The notes under the pieces were generated by a model. It saw nothing but the letters and a program-made list of their open reading frames with translations, was not told the DNA's origin and searched no databases. The translations under genes and the position numbers were made by a program. DNA of 64,000 nt from NCBI GenBank assembly GCA_035501255.1, contig DATJWM010000008.1:1488-65487 (forward strand). The letters run 5' to 3'. The DNA is from Mycobacteriales bacterium (GTDB taxonomy: Bacteria; Actinomycetota; Actinomycetes; JAFAQI01). Within the stretch, counting starts at the first letter, position 1, and each line of letters begins with the position of its first letter. Shown in pieces: positions 30,161 to 40,637 of this stretch.

Positions 30161-30838
30161 GTGAAGGCGCGCGTACTCGTCGTTGACGACGACCCTGCAC
30201 TGGCCGAGATGCTGGGCATCGTCTTGCGCAACGAGGGATTCGACCCGTCCTTCGTCGGGGACGGGGACAAGGCGCTCGCAGCTTTTCGCGCGACCAAGCC
30301 GGATCTGGTCCTGCTCGACCTGATGCTGCCGGGCACCGACGGGGTCGACGTGTGCCGGGCGATCCGTGCCGAGAGCGGGACGCCGATCGTCATGCTCACC
30401 GCCCGCAGCGACACGATCGACGTTGTCATCGGTCTTGAGTCGGGGGCGGACGACTACATCGTCAAGCCGTTCAAGCCCAAGGAACTCGTCGCACGGATGC
30501 GGGCGCGGTTGCGCCGCAACGACGACGCCGACCTCGAGGCGCTGACGATCGGCGACCTGACGATCGACATCGGTGGTCACGCGGTGAGCCGGAATGGCAC
30601 CCGGATTTCCTTGACACCGCTCGAGTTCGACCTTCTGGCGGCCTTGGCGCGACGCCCCCGGCATGTCTTCACCCGGGATCAGCTTCTGGAGCAGGTGTGG
30701 GGCTACCGACACCTTGCCGACACCCGGCTGGTGAACGTGCACGTGCAGCGGTTGCGGGCGAAGGTCGAGCGCGACCCGGACCATCCGGAGATCGTGGTCA
30801 CCGTCCGCGGGGTCGGGTACAAGGCCGGACCGACGTGA
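30161..30838 (+). CDS. mtrA: OmpR-family response regulator MtrA
   Basis: VLVVDDDPALAEML...DLVLLDLMLPGTDG receiver domain plus winged-helix C-terminus. GTG 30161. 225 aa. Confidence 0.9.
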   Translation: MKARVLVVDDDPALAEMLGIVLRNEGFDPSFVGDGDKALAAFRATKPDLVLLDLMLPGTDGVDVCRAIRAESGTPIVMLTARSDTIDVVIGLESGADDYIVKPFKPKELVARMRARLRRNDDADLEALTIGDLTIDIGGHAVSRNGTRISLTPLEFDLLAALARRPRHVFTRDQLLEQVWGYRHLADTRLVNVHVQRLRAKVERDPDHPEIVVTVRGVGYKAGPT

Positions 30839-32517
30839 GCGGAGGCCTCCGGGTGATCCACCGCGTGACCGGCCTCCCCGGCGCGGTACGTCGCCGGTGG
30901 CGGCGTTCGTTGTCCGTCCGCGTGGTTGCCTCCACGCTCGTGCTCTCCGCGGGGGTCAGCCTCCTGCTGGGCGCGACGATCCTCGCCCAGGTGCGTAGCG
31001 GCTTGCTCGACTCGGCGAGCAGGTCCGCGTTGGCGCAGCTCAGCAGCGGTGTGGGCCGGGCCCAAAACCAGTTCCTCGCCCAGCCCGGGTCGAACCCGAG
31101 GGCGGCCGAGCAGACGGCGTATGAGGTCATCACCGCGCTGTCCCCGCGCCCGGACCAGGACGACTACGACGTGGCGATGCTGCCCTCAACTCCCGGCCTC
31201 GGCTCGTTCTTCAGCCAGCGCGCGGACCTTGCGAGCATCCCGCCCGCACTTGCGCGGCAGGTTGCCGGACAGACCCGCGAGGCGTGGACGTTTTCCAGCG
31301 TGCCGACCAACAGCGGCGCGGGCGTTCCGGGGATCGTTGCCGGTGCCGCGATTCCGGGCGCTGGTGGCCGCTACCAGCTCTACTACCTGTTCCCGCTGAC
31401 CCGCGAGGTCTCGACGCTGCGCCTGGTCGAACGCACGATGATCCTTGCCGGCATCGCGCTTGTCGCGTTCCTCGCTGCTCTCGCCGCACTGATCACCCGT
31501 CAGGTCGTGCGGCCGGTTCGCCAGGCTGCCTCGACCGCCGAGCGACTCGCCTCCGGGCGGCTCGAGGAGCGAATGACCATCCGGGGCGAGGATGACCTTG
31601 CGACCCTAGCGGCGTCGTTCAACCGGATGGCCGATACGGTCCAGGAACAGATCTCCCAGCTGCGCGAGCTGTCTCGCCTTCAGCAACGGTTCGTGGCGGA
31701 CGTGTCGCACGAGCTGCGTACTCCGATCACCACGATCCGGATGGCAGCGGATGTACTGCACGAGTCGAGCGAGGGCCTCTCACCGGAGTTGAGCCGGTCC
31801 TCCGAACTGCTCCAGGCGCAGCTCGATCGCTTCGAACTCCTGCTCGCTGACCTGCTCGAGATCAGCCGGCACGACGCCGGCGCGGCCGTCCTCGATGCGG
31901 AACCGGTCGACCTCACCAGTCTGGTGTCGCGAGTTGTCTCGCTCGCCTCACCCCTTGCGACCCGTCGCGGGTGCGCCCTTAGCGTCGATGTTCCCACCGA
32001 TCCGGTCATCGTCGAGGTCGACTCGCGGCGGATCGAACGCGTCTTGCGCAATCTGGTCGACAACGCGATCGAGCACAGCGAGGGCCAGCCGGTGGACGTC
32101 CGGCTCCGCGGCGCCGAGGGCGGTGTCGCGATCGCCGTGTCCGACCGAGGGGTGGGCTTGCGACCTGGCGAGGCTGCGCTGGTGTTCGGGCGGTTCTGGC
32201 GGGCGGACCCGGCCCGTGCTCGAACAACCGGCGGTACCGGACTCGGCCTGTCGATCGCGCTCGAGGACGTTCGGCTGCACGGAGGCTGGTTGCAGGCCTG
32301 GGGCCAGCCGGGGCAGGGGTCGGTGTTCCGGGTCACGCTTGCTTGGCACCCGGGCGAGCGAATCGAGTCCTCTCCACTCCCGCTCGGGCCGGCCGAGGCC
32401 ACCGTGCAGGAGGCTCCGTCGGCGCAGGAGACCACGACTGCGGCGGAGACGACATCGGCGGCGGACGCGACGACGGCGGCCAAGCCGGGACGCGCCCCGG
32501 AGTCCACGCGTGCGTAG
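30835..32517 (+). CDS. mtrB: Sensor histidine kinase MtrB
   Basis: GTG overlaps the mtrA stop (GTGA). HAMP domain, H-box FVADVSHELRTP and ATPase motifs. 560 aa. Confidence 0.85.
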   Translation: MSGGLRVIHRVTGLPGAVRRRWRRSLSVRVVASTLVLSAGVSLLLGATILAQVRSGLLDSASRSALAQLSSGVGRAQNQFLAQPGSNPRAAEQTAYEVITALSPRPDQDDYDVAMLPSTPGLGSFFSQRADLASIPPALARQVAGQTREAWTFSSVPTNSGAGVPGIVAGAAIPGAGGRYQLYYLFPLTREVSTLRLVERTMILAGIALVAFLAALAALITRQVVRPVRQAASTAERLASGRLEERMTIRGEDDLATLAASFNRMADTVQEQISQLRELSRLQQRFVADVSHELRTPITTIRMAADVLHESSEGLSPELSRSSELLQAQLDRFELLLADLLEISRHDAGAAVLDAEPVDLTSLVSRVVSLASPLATRRGCALSVDVPTDPVIVEVDSRRIERVLRNLVDNAIEHSEGQPVDVRLRGAEGGVAIAVSDRGVGLRPGEAALVFGRFWRADPARARTTGGTGLGLSIALEDVRLHGGWLQAWGQPGQGSVFRVTLAWHPGERIESSPLPLGPAEATVQEAPSAQETTTAAETTSAADATTAAKPGRAPESTRA

Positions 32518-34192
32518 GTCTGCGCTCGCGGGCGCTGCGCTCCTCGCGGTCCTCGCCGGGTGCGCGAGCGTCCCCCGGTCCGGGCCGGTGCATGTCGGGC
32601 GGGCGCTTCCCGGCGGCCTCGGCGAGCAGGTCGGATCGATCGGTGGGCGACCGTCGGGGCCGGTCGAGGGCATGTCGCCGCAACAGCTGGTCAACGCCTT
32701 CCTCGACGCGCAGGCGGACGCCGCCGACGGGTTCGCGGTTGCGCGGACCTTCCTCGCGCCCGGGGCGTCGTGGAACCCTCGCGCCGGCACCACCATCTAC
32801 GACGATGCCTCGTTCCGGGTGACGCGAACGGGTCCGCGGACGGTGGTGATCGACGCGAACCGAACCGGGGTCATCGACTCCCGCGGTGACTACCAGGCGA
32901 GCCCGGGCGCGGTGCGCTGGCGATTCGTCCTGGCCCGCAGTGCCGGTCAATGGCGGATCTCGCACCTTCCGTCCGGCGCGCTGGTGGGATCCGAGGACGC
33001 CGCCCGCGCGCTCGAGCCGGTGTCCGTGTACTACCTCAATCAGACCCAAACGGCGGTGGTGGCCGAACCGCTGGTGTTGTCGCTGGACGAGCAGGGTTTC
33101 GCGACCCGGCTCGTGCAGGAACTCCTCGACGGCCCCGGTGCCGGAATCGCGCCGGCCGTGACCTCGGCGATCCCGCGCAACACCTCGCTCCAGGGCAATG
33201 TGACGATCGATTCAGACGGGGTCGCCGAACTCAACCTGATCGTCAGCGGGCCGCAACTGTCCTCGAGCCAGCTCGAGCGGCTCTCGGCGCAGGTCGTGTG
33301 GACGCTGCGCCAGGCGTCCGGGGTAACGGCGGTTCGCATCCTCGTCAACGGGGCGCTCGTCGCACCCGAAGGGGTCATCCGCACCCAGCCGATCCTGTCC
33401 TGGGCGATGTTCGACCCCTCGGTCCCGCCACCGCAAGCCGGGACGCTGTTCCTGCGGTCCGGCAGGGTGGTCGGACACGAGCTGACGGTGCCCGCGGCGT
33501 TGCGCGGCGGCGGGATCACCGCCGTCGCCATGGGCGCCGACGGTGCCCGCGTCGCTGCCCTGCGCGGAGCCGGCGTGTCCACACTCCTGGTGGGACCCGC
33601 CGCCGGCCCGCTCACCTCTGCGCTGAGGGCGGCGTCCTACACCCCGCCTGCTTTCGACCCGGCCGGCGATGTCTATCTGGCCCGCAGGTCCCAGGGTGTC
33701 TCAACCTTGCTCGAGGTGCCGGTCCACGGGCGGCCCCACTCCGTGCCCGTGGCCGCCCGGATCCGGCGGGCCGGGATCGACGCGGTGGCGGTCTCCCGGG
33801 ACGGCACCCGGATCGCCCTCGTCACCGGGGGTGTGGGCGAGGAGCAGTTGCGGGTCGGTCTGATCACCGGTGAAGGCGCCCGGCCCGCGGTGACGCGCCC
33901 GCGGGTCGTGCTGGCGGGCGGGCGGGCGGTCAGCGGGGTCGCCTGGGCGAACGGAACCGAGATCGCCACCACCGCCTCGACGCGTTCGGGAGGACGCCGC
34001 GTCGTCGTCGTGTCCGTCGACGGCTACACGACGCGGACGTTGCCGGGAGCAGGACTGCGTGGCTCGCCGACCGAGGTCGCCGCGCTTCCCGGGCATCCGA
34101 CGCTTGCGGGTGCGGGTGGAGCGATTTGGGCCTTCTCGGCGCACCGCTGGCGCCGGCTGTCCACAGGAAGCGCGCCCGCGTACGCCGGATAG
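32510..34192 (+). CDS. lpqB: Lipoprotein LpqB (MtrAB accessory)
   Basis: GTG 32510 overlaps the mtrB 3' end. Lipobox MRRSALAGAALLAVLAGC. 560 aa. The listed 765-aa ORF is an over-extension. Confidence 0.85.
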   Translation: MRRSALAGAALLAVLAGCASVPRSGPVHVGRALPGGLGEQVGSIGGRPSGPVEGMSPQQLVNAFLDAQADAADGFAVARTFLAPGASWNPRAGTTIYDDASFRVTRTGPRTVVIDANRTGVIDSRGDYQASPGAVRWRFVLARSAGQWRISHLPSGALVGSEDAARALEPVSVYYLNQTQTAVVAEPLVLSLDEQGFATRLVQELLDGPGAGIAPAVTSAIPRNTSLQGNVTIDSDGVAELNLIVSGPQLSSSQLERLSAQVVWTLRQASGVTAVRILVNGALVAPEGVIRTQPILSWAMFDPSVPPPQAGTLFLRSGRVVGHELTVPAALRGGGITAVAMGADGARVAALRGAGVSTLLVGPAAGPLTSALRAASYTPPAFDPAGDVYLARRSQGVSTLLEVPVHGRPHSVPVAARIRRAGIDAVAVSRDGTRIALVTGGVGEEQLRVGLITGEGARPAVTRPRVVLAGGRAVSGVAWANGTEIATTASTRSGGRRVVVVSVDGYTTRTLPGAGLRGSPTEVAALPGHPTLAGAGGAIWAFSAHRWRRLSTGSAPAYAG

Positions 34193-34248
34193 TCCACAAC
34201 CGCGCCGGGTCGATGGCCGTCCGGGTCCGGTCGCGGCACGCTTGGACC

Positions 34249-34968
34249 ATGGCAGGATCCCTCGCGCGCCTCCTCGACGCGATCCTCCCGGTCGACTGTG
34301 CGGGATGCGGCGCCCCGGCAGCCCTCGTGTGCGAGCGCTGCGCCCACCGGCTGTCCGGCCCGGCCCGAGTCGTGTGGCCGTCGCCCACTCCACCCGGCCT
34401 GCCGACGCCCTGGGCGGTCACGCCGTACGCCGGCGAGTCCCGGGAGTTGATTCTCGCCGCCAAGGAGCGTGGCATGGTCGGCGTGCGGCGCACCCTGTGC
34501 GCTGCGTTGACGGTGTCCGCGTCGACCGCCGTCGCCGCCGCTGCTCCGGCCGGCCCGGTCCTGGTGGTCGCCATGCCGTCCGCGCGGCGGGCGGTGCGCG
34601 AGCGCGGCGAGGACCTGATGCTCCTCATGGCCCGGTCCGTCGCTCGGTCATTGCGACGCGACGGGTGCGACGCCCGGCAGGTACCTGCACTGCGGCACGG
34701 ACGTCGAGTCGCCGATTCGGCCGGCCTGAGCGCCGCGGCCCGCCTCGCGAATCTTGACGGTGCGATCGTCGTGCGGTCGGGGCTTCGCCCGGGACTCGCC
34801 GGGATGGACGTCCTGGTCGTCGACGACGTCATCACCACCGGCGCCTCGATGGCGCAGGCCGCGCGAGCGTTACGCGATTGTCATGCTCGGGTGATCGGCG
34901 GAGCAGCGATTGCCGCGACGCTACGGACCTCCGGCCGCGCATTCGGTCGGACCCCCCGGCTTGGGTGA
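34249..34968 (+). CDS. ComF-family / phosphoribosyltransferase-domain protein
   Basis: N-terminal Cys cluster (CAGCG...CERC) and PRTase motif VLVVDDVITTGAS. The start may be ATG 34213. Confidence 0.75.
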   Translation: MAGSLARLLDAILPVDCAGCGAPAALVCERCAHRLSGPARVVWPSPTPPGLPTPWAVTPYAGESRELILAAKERGMVGVRRTLCAALTVSASTAVAAAAPAGPVLVVAMPSARRAVRERGEDLMLLMARSVARSLRRDGCDARQVPALRHGRRVADSAGLSAAARLANLDGAIVVRSGLRPGLAGMDVLVVDDVITTGASMAQAARALRDCHARVIGGAAIAATLRTSGRAFGRTPRLG

Positions 34969-35032
34969 TCGCCGCGACGGGGGTTACCGTCGGCGGGGGG
35001 CCAGTGGCGGCGGGGAATTGATCGGTGAGGGG

Positions 35033-35677
35033 ATGCGTGTGGACATCGTCGTGAAGTCGCGGCATACCGAGATCGACGACCGCTTTCGCGGGAGTGTTCA
35101 TGAAAAGCTGGGTCGGCTCGCGAAGTTGGACCCGAGCTGCGAGCGGGTCGACGTGGTCGTCGTGGAGGAGCGCAACCCGCGCCAGGCGGACGTGCGGATG
35201 CGGGTCGAGCTCACCTGCCGTCGGCGGGGTCCGGTGATTCGCGCCGAGGCCGCCTCGGCGGACGAGTACGCCGCCCTCGACCTTGCCGTCGGCAAGCTCG
35301 ACATGACCCTGCGACGGGCGGCCGACCGGCGACGGGTGCACCACGGAAGCCGTACGCCGGTGTCGGTCGCGGCCGCGACCAGCCAGATGGCAGACGGCGG
35401 CGTATCCACTCAGACGGTGGACGGTCAGGAGTCCGCCGCGGTCGACCGCCCCTCCGAGACCGACGACGCCGACGCCGATCTGCCCTTCGTCGTCCGCGAA
35501 AAGGTGCACTCAGCGTCGCCGATGAGCCTCGATCAGGCTCTGTTCGAAATGGAACTCGTCGGTCACGATTTCTACCTCTACGTCGACGAGGCGCACGGAG
35601 CTCCGAGCGTGGTCTACCGGCGTCGCGGGTACGACTACGGCGTGGTCCGGCTCAGGCTCGACGAGCAGGCCCGCTAG
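35033..35677 (+). CDS. hpf: Ribosome hibernation-promoting factor, long form
   Basis: MRVDIVVKSRHTEI...FRGSVHEKLGRL N-terminal domain plus a C-terminal dimerisation domain. SD GGTGAGGGG. 214 aa. Confidence 0.85.
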   Translation: MRVDIVVKSRHTEIDDRFRGSVHEKLGRLAKLDPSCERVDVVVVEERNPRQADVRMRVELTCRRRGPVIRAEAASADEYAALDLAVGKLDMTLRRAADRRRVHHGSRTPVSVAAATSQMADGGVSTQTVDGQESAAVDRPSETDDADADLPFVVREKVHSASPMSLDQALFEMELVGHDFYLYVDEAHGAPSVVYRRRGYDYGVVRLRLDEQAR

Positions 35678-35800
35678 CTGTCGTTACGCGGCTTTCGCGG
35701 CTCGCCGAAATCCGGCCTTAACGTCCCGTCCGTGCCATCATGAGCGCGCAAGGGGGAATGAGCACGATCCTGCCCGGAAGTCGGACCTGTGGAGGGCTCG

Positions 35801-36514
35801 GTGAGCGAGACGACCGGCGGCGGAGCTGGTGCGCCGCTGCCGCCGGGGACGGGTGATCCGATCAGGGTGCTGATCGTCGACGACCACGCGCTGTTTCGTC
35901 GGGGGTTGGAGATGGTGCTCGCGCAGGAGCCCGATATCGATGTTGTCGGTGAGGCCGAGGACGGTGCCGACGCGGTCGAGAAGGCTGCGGAGACGACCCC
36001 CGACATCGTCTTGATGGATGTGCGGATGCCGAAGCGGGGCGGGATTGATGCCTGCACCGCGATCAAGGACGCGGTGCCCAGCAGCAAGATCATCATGCTG
36101 ACGATCAGCGACGAGGAAGCCGACCTCTACGACGCGATCAAGGCCGGCGCGATGGGGTACCTGCTCAAGGAGATCTCCATCGACGAGGTGGCGTCGGCGA
36201 TCCGAGCGGTGCACGGCGGCCAGTCGCTGATCTCGCCGTCGATGGCCTCCAAACTCCTCAACGAATTCGCGTCGATGATTAAGCGCGGTGACGAGCGACA
36301 GCAGGTGCCGGCCCCTCGGCTGACCGATCGGGAGATGGAAGTCTTGCGTCTCGTGGCGAAAGGCCTCAACAACCGGGACATCGCCAAGCAGCTCTACATC
36401 TCCGAGAACACGGTGAAGAACCACATCCGCAACATCCTCGAGAAGCTTCAGTTGCACTCCCGCATGGAGGCCGTCGTCTACGCGGTGCGGGAGAAGTTGC
36501 TCGAGATCACCTGA
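35801..36514 (+). CDS. NarL/FixJ (LuxR-type) response regulator, orphan
   Basis: Receiver domain IRVLIVDDHALFRRGL...DIVLMDVRMP and LuxR HTH LTDREMEVLRLVAKGLNNRDIAKQLYISENTVKNH. No adjacent kinase. GTG 35789 is also possible as start. Confidence 0.8.
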   Translation: MSETTGGGAGAPLPPGTGDPIRVLIVDDHALFRRGLEMVLAQEPDIDVVGEAEDGADAVEKAAETTPDIVLMDVRMPKRGGIDACTAIKDAVPSSKIIMLTISDEEADLYDAIKAGAMGYLLKEISIDEVASAIRAVHGGQSLISPSMASKLLNEFASMIKRGDERQQVPAPRLTDREMEVLRLVAKGLNNRDIAKQLYISENTVKNHIRNILEKLQLHSRMEAVVYAVREKLLEIT

Positions 36515-36592
36515 TCGACCTCCGATCGGTCCGCGGCGTACCCAGCTCGCTCGGGTCAGGATTGGGACCACGACTCTGATTGGATCCGCGGG

Positions 36593-37654
36593 GTGACCTA
36601 CCTGACCCGCTCGGACCGGATCATCGTCGGCGCGTCGGCGCTCCTCACGCTGGTCGCGGGCCTTCTCGCCTACGGCCACGGCAACGAAACCGCGACCTTC
36701 ATCGTCTCGGCGTTCGCGCTCGCCGCGCTCGCCGCGCTCGTCGGGCGCTGCGTCGAGCAGGTTTCCGACCGGCTGGGTTCGGGTGCGACCGGGGTCGTGC
36801 AAAGCGCGCTGGGGAACCTGCCCGAGCTGTTCGTCTGCATCTTCGCGCTCCGATCCGGACTCACCGAGGTGGTGGAGTCGGCGATCATTGGCTCGATCCT
36901 TGGCAATGTCCTGCTGGTCCTCGGGGCCGCGTTCTTGATCGGCGGCTTGCGTAACGGCAAGCAGACCTTCGACGGTGGCCGCGCCCGGATGCTGATCGCG
37001 TTGATGATCCTCGCGGTCGCTGCCATGTTGGTTCCGAGCCTTGCCTCCTATGTGCACACCCCCGCCGCCGCGCACGAACAGGTGCTGTCCGACGTCGCGT
37101 CGATCGTGCTGCTCACGGTCTTCGTGCTGTCGCTTCCGGCGTCGATCCGCCGGGCCGAGGCCGAGGGAGGGGATCCCGGCCGCCACGAAGCGAGCTGGCC
37201 GATGTCCGTGGCGGTGATGGGACTCGCGATCACCGGTGTGCTCGCGGCCCTGGTGTCGGACTGGTTCGTCGACGCGCTCCTTCCTGCACTCGACGCCCTG
37301 CACATCTCGCAGGCGTTTGCCGGTCTCGTGATCGTCGCCATTGCCGGCAACGCCGTGGAGAACGTGGTGGGGGTTCAGCTGGCCCGCCGCAACCAGCCCG
37401 ACACGGCGGTCTCGGTCATCCTCAACTCGCCGATCCAGATCGCGCTCGTGCTCGCGCCGGTGCTCGTGCTCATCTCGCCGATCCTCGGCGGCGCGAACTT
37501 CACACTGGTCTTCCCGCCGCTGCTCGTCACGACGGTGGTGTCCGCCATCCTCGCGGTCAGCTTCGTGATCGTCGACGGCGAATCCGATTGGCTCGAGGGG
37601 GTGGCGCTCCTCGGCCTCTACACGGTGATCGCCGCGTCCTTCTGGTGGGGGTAG
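36593..37654 (+). CDS. Ca2+/H+ (cation/proton) exchanger, CAX family
   Basis: Two alpha-repeat motifs (GNLPELF and GNAVENV). 353-aa polytopic membrane protein. Confidence 0.8.
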   Translation: MTYLTRSDRIIVGASALLTLVAGLLAYGHGNETATFIVSAFALAALAALVGRCVEQVSDRLGSGATGVVQSALGNLPELFVCIFALRSGLTEVVESAIIGSILGNVLLVLGAAFLIGGLRNGKQTFDGGRARMLIALMILAVAAMLVPSLASYVHTPAAAHEQVLSDVASIVLLTVFVLSLPASIRRAEAEGGDPGRHEASWPMSVAVMGLAITGVLAALVSDWFVDALLPALDALHISQAFAGLVIVAIAGNAVENVVGVQLARRNQPDTAVSVILNSPIQIALVLAPVLVLISPILGGANFTLVFPPLLVTTVVSAILAVSFVIVDGESDWLEGVALLGLYTVIAASFWWG

Positions 37655-37689
37655 CGGCGACCCACACCCCTGGCGTACGACGGCCGGTC

Positions 37690-37703
37690 GGCGCACGTGC
37701 GCC
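37690..37703. promoter_or_regulatory. Perfect 14-bp palindrome GGCGCACGTGCGCC in the secA 5' region
   Basis: Read directly. The sequence is identical to its own reverse complement. It lies ~65 nt upstream of the secA start, followed by a TTGACG -35-like hexamer. Confidence 0.3.
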
Positions 37704-37766
37704 CTAGACTTGACGGCGCGTGGTCGGCCCTGACCGCGCATGCTCGCGAGGTGGCTGGAGGAGTCC

Positions 37767-40619
37767 GTGGCGGTATTCGACCGGATCATGCGTGCCGGCG
37801 AGACCCGGATCGTCCGCAAGCTTGAGGCGATTGCCGGGCAGGTCACGCTGCTCGAAGAGGACTACCGGGCGATGTCCGACGAGGAGCTCAAGGCCACGAC
37901 CGAGGAGTTTCGCGAGCGGCTGGAGGACGGCGAGTCCCTCGACGACCTGATGGTCGAAGCATTCGGGGTTGTGCGCGAGGCCGCGTGGCGAGTGCTCGGG
38001 CAACGGCCCTTCGACGTCCAGGTGATGGGCGCCGGAGCGCTGCACATGGGCAACATCGCCGAGATGCGGACCGGCGAGGGAAAGACGCTGACGGGGGTGA
38101 TGCCCGCCTACCTCAATGCTCTGTCGGGCAACGGCGTCCACGTCGTCACGACCAACGACTACCTCGCGAAACGAGATGCCGAGTGGATGGGTCGCATCCA
38201 CCGATTCCTCGGCCTGAAGGTCGGCGTGATCCTCGCGTCGATGACACCGGCCGAGCGACGTGAGCAGTACGCCTGTGACATCACCTACGGGACGAACAAC
38301 GAGTTCGGCTTCGACTACCTGCGGGACAACATGGCCTGGCAGGAAGACGAGCTCGTTCAGCGCGGCCACAACTTCGCGATCGTTGACGAGGTCGACTCGA
38401 TTCTGATCGACGAAGCGCGGACGCCGTTGATCATCAGCGGTCCGGCCGAGCACAACGCAAAGTGGTACCTCGAGTTCGCGCGAATCGCGAGCCGACTGGT
38501 CCGCGACGTCGACTACGAGTGTGACGAGGGCAAGCGGACGATGAGCGTCCTCGAGTCCGCGGTCGAACGGGTCGAGGACGAACTCGGGATCGACAACCTC
38601 TACGAGGCGGTCAACACCCCACTGGTCGGCTATCTCAACAACGCGTTGAAGGCGAAGGAGCTGTTCAAGCGCGACAAGGACTATGTCGTGATGAACGGCG
38701 AGGTCCTGATCGTCGACGAGTTCACCGGTCGAATCCTCGCGGGCCGCCGCTACAACGAGGGCATGCATCAGGCCATCGAGGCCAAAGAAGGCGTCGAGAT
38801 CAAGCAGGAGAACCAGACCCTCGCGACGATCACCCTCCAGAACTACTTCCGGCTCTACGACAAGCTCGGCGGCATGACCGGCACGGCCGCGACCGAGGCC
38901 GCCGAGTTCGACCAGGTCTACAAGCTCGGCGTCGTAACGATTCCGACCAACCGGCCGATGGTGCGGGCCGACCAGCCCGACATCGTCTACAAGACTCAGG
39001 ACGCGAAGTGGTCCGCGGTGGTGGACGACATCGCCGACCGGCACGAGAAGGGCCAACCGATCCTCGTCGGAACCACCAGCGTCGAGAACAGCGAACACCT
39101 GTCTGGCCTGCTGCTGCGCCGCGGCGTTCCGCATGAGGTGCTCAACGCGAAGTACCACGAGAAGGAGGCCGCGATCATCGCGCAGGCCGGCCGCCGTGGA
39201 GCGGTGACGGTCGCCACCAACATGGCCGGTCGCGGCACCGACATCATGCTCGGGGGAAACCCCGAGTCGATGGCCACGATGGAGCTCGCGGCGCGCGGGC
39301 TGACCCCCGCCGAGACACCCGACGACTTCGAGGCGGCGTGGTCAGGTGCGTTGGAGAAGGCCAAGGCGTCGGTCGCGGCCGAGCACGACGAGGTGGTCGA
39401 CCTCGGCGGCTTGTACGTGCTGGGCACCGAGCGCCACGACGCGCGTCGGATCGACAACCAACTCCGGGGACGTTCCGGCCGCCAGGGAGACCCGGGTGAG
39501 TCCCGGTTCTACCTGTCGTTGGGCGACGACCTCATGCAGCTGTTCAACGCCCACATGGTCGAGTCGATCATGGACCGGCTCAACCTTCCCGACGATGTCC
39601 CGATCGAGTCGAAGATGGTGTCCCGGTCGATTCGGTCGGCCCAGACCCAGATCGAGCAGCAGAACTTCGAGATCCGCAAGAACGTCTTGAAGTACGACGA
39701 AGTTCTCAACCGGCAGCGGACCGTCATCTACGACGAGCGCCACCGGGTCCTTGCCGGCGAGGACCTCCGTGAGGAGATCGCGCACATGATCGAGGACGTC
39801 GTTGCTGCCTATGTCGACGGTGCCACCGGCGAGGGCTACAGCGAGGACTGGGACCTCGACGCGTTGTGGACCAACCTCAAGACCCTCTATCCGGTGGCAG
39901 TCACCGTCGAGGAGCTCGATGAGCGCTCCGGTGGATCCCTGTCGACCGAGTATCTGCGCGACGAGCTGATCGACGACGCACTCGGCGCCTACGAACGCCG
40001 GGAGGAGCAGCTCGGCATGACGCCGGACGACGAGCCGGTGCTGCGCATGCTCGAACGCCAGGTGCTGCTGACCGTGCTCGACCGGCGCTGGCGCGAGCAC
40101 CTCTACGAGATGGACTACCTGCAAGAGGGCATCCAGTTGCGCGGTTATGGGCAGCGGGATCCGCTCGTCGAGTACCAGCGCGAGGCCTTCGACATGTTCA
40201 CCGCGATGATGGATGGCATCAAGGAGGAGTCGGTCGGGTTCCTGTTCTACGCCGACGTGAGCATCCAGGCCGTGGGCGACGACGACGTCGTCGTGGACGA
40301 GGAAGGTGTGCTCGTCGTACCGGTCGAGGGGGACGAGGGAGCGAGCGCGATCGGCGTCCCGCAGGTCGTGGACAGCGCTGCCGCTCAGGAGCGGGCCGCC
40401 GTCGGCGACGTGCTCAGCAAGGCGCTCGGCGACGCGTACCGCCCGGCCAACCTCCAGTTCAGCGCGCCGACCATCGACGGTGAAGGCGGTGTCGAGCGGC
40501 ACGCGCAGGCCGCTCCGGCGGGGTCTGCGTCGTTCGCCAACACCTCGCGCAATGCGCCGTGTCCGTGCGGGTCGGGCCGCAAGTACAAGCGGTGCCACGG
40601 CGCTCCACAGGGAGCGTGA
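37767..40619 (+). CDS. secA: Preprotein translocase ATPase SecA
   Basis: DEAD-motor motifs ([28 protein letters not shown]) and C-terminal zinc finger [17 protein letters not shown] 37767 chosen by N-terminal alignment to SecA. ATG 37740 is possible. Confidence 0.9.
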   Translation: MAVFDRIMRAGETRIVRKLEAIAGQVTLLEEDYRAMSDEELKATTEEFRERLEDGESLDDLMVEAFGVVREAAWRVLGQRPFDVQVMGAGALHMGNIAEMRTGEGKTLTGVMPAYLNALSGNGVHVVTTNDYLAKRDAEWMGRIHRFLGLKVGVILASMTPAERREQYACDITYGTNNEFGFDYLRDNMAWQEDELVQRGHNFAIVDEVDSILIDEARTPLIISGPAEHNAKWYLEFARIASRLVRDVDYECDEGKRTMSVLESAVERVEDELGIDNLYEAVNTPLVGYLNNALKAKELFKRDKDYVVMNGEVLIVDEFTGRILAGRRYNEGMHQAIEAKEGVEIKQENQTLATITLQNYFRLYDKLGGMTGTAATEAAEFDQVYKLGVVTIPTNRPMVRADQPDIVYKTQDAKWSAVVDDIADRHEKGQPILVGTTSVENSEHLSGLLLRRGVPHEVLNAKYHEKEAAIIAQAGRRGAVTVATNMAGRGTDIMLGGNPESMATMELAARGLTPAETPDDFEAAWSGALEKAKASVAAEHDEVVDLGGLYVLGTERHDARRIDNQLRGRSGRQGDPGESRFYLSLGDDLMQLFNAHMVESIMDRLNLPDDVPIESKMVSRSIRSAQTQIEQQNFEIRKNVLKYDEVLNRQRTVIYDERHRVLAGEDLREEIAHMIEDVVAAYVDGATGEGYSEDWDLDALWTNLKTLYPVAVTVEELDERSGGSLSTEYLRDELIDDALGAYERREEQLGMTPDDEPVLRMLERQVLLTVLDRRWREHLYEMDYLQEGIQLRGYGQRDPLVEYQREAFDMFTAMMDGIKEESVGFLFYADVSIQAVGDDDVVVDEEGVLVVPVEGDEGASAIGVPQVVDSAAAQERAAVGDVLSKALGDAYRPANLQFSAPTIDGEGGVERHAQAAPAGSASFANTSRNAPCPCGSGRKYKRCHGAPQGA

Positions 40620-40637
40620 CCGGGTCGCGTTCGATGC

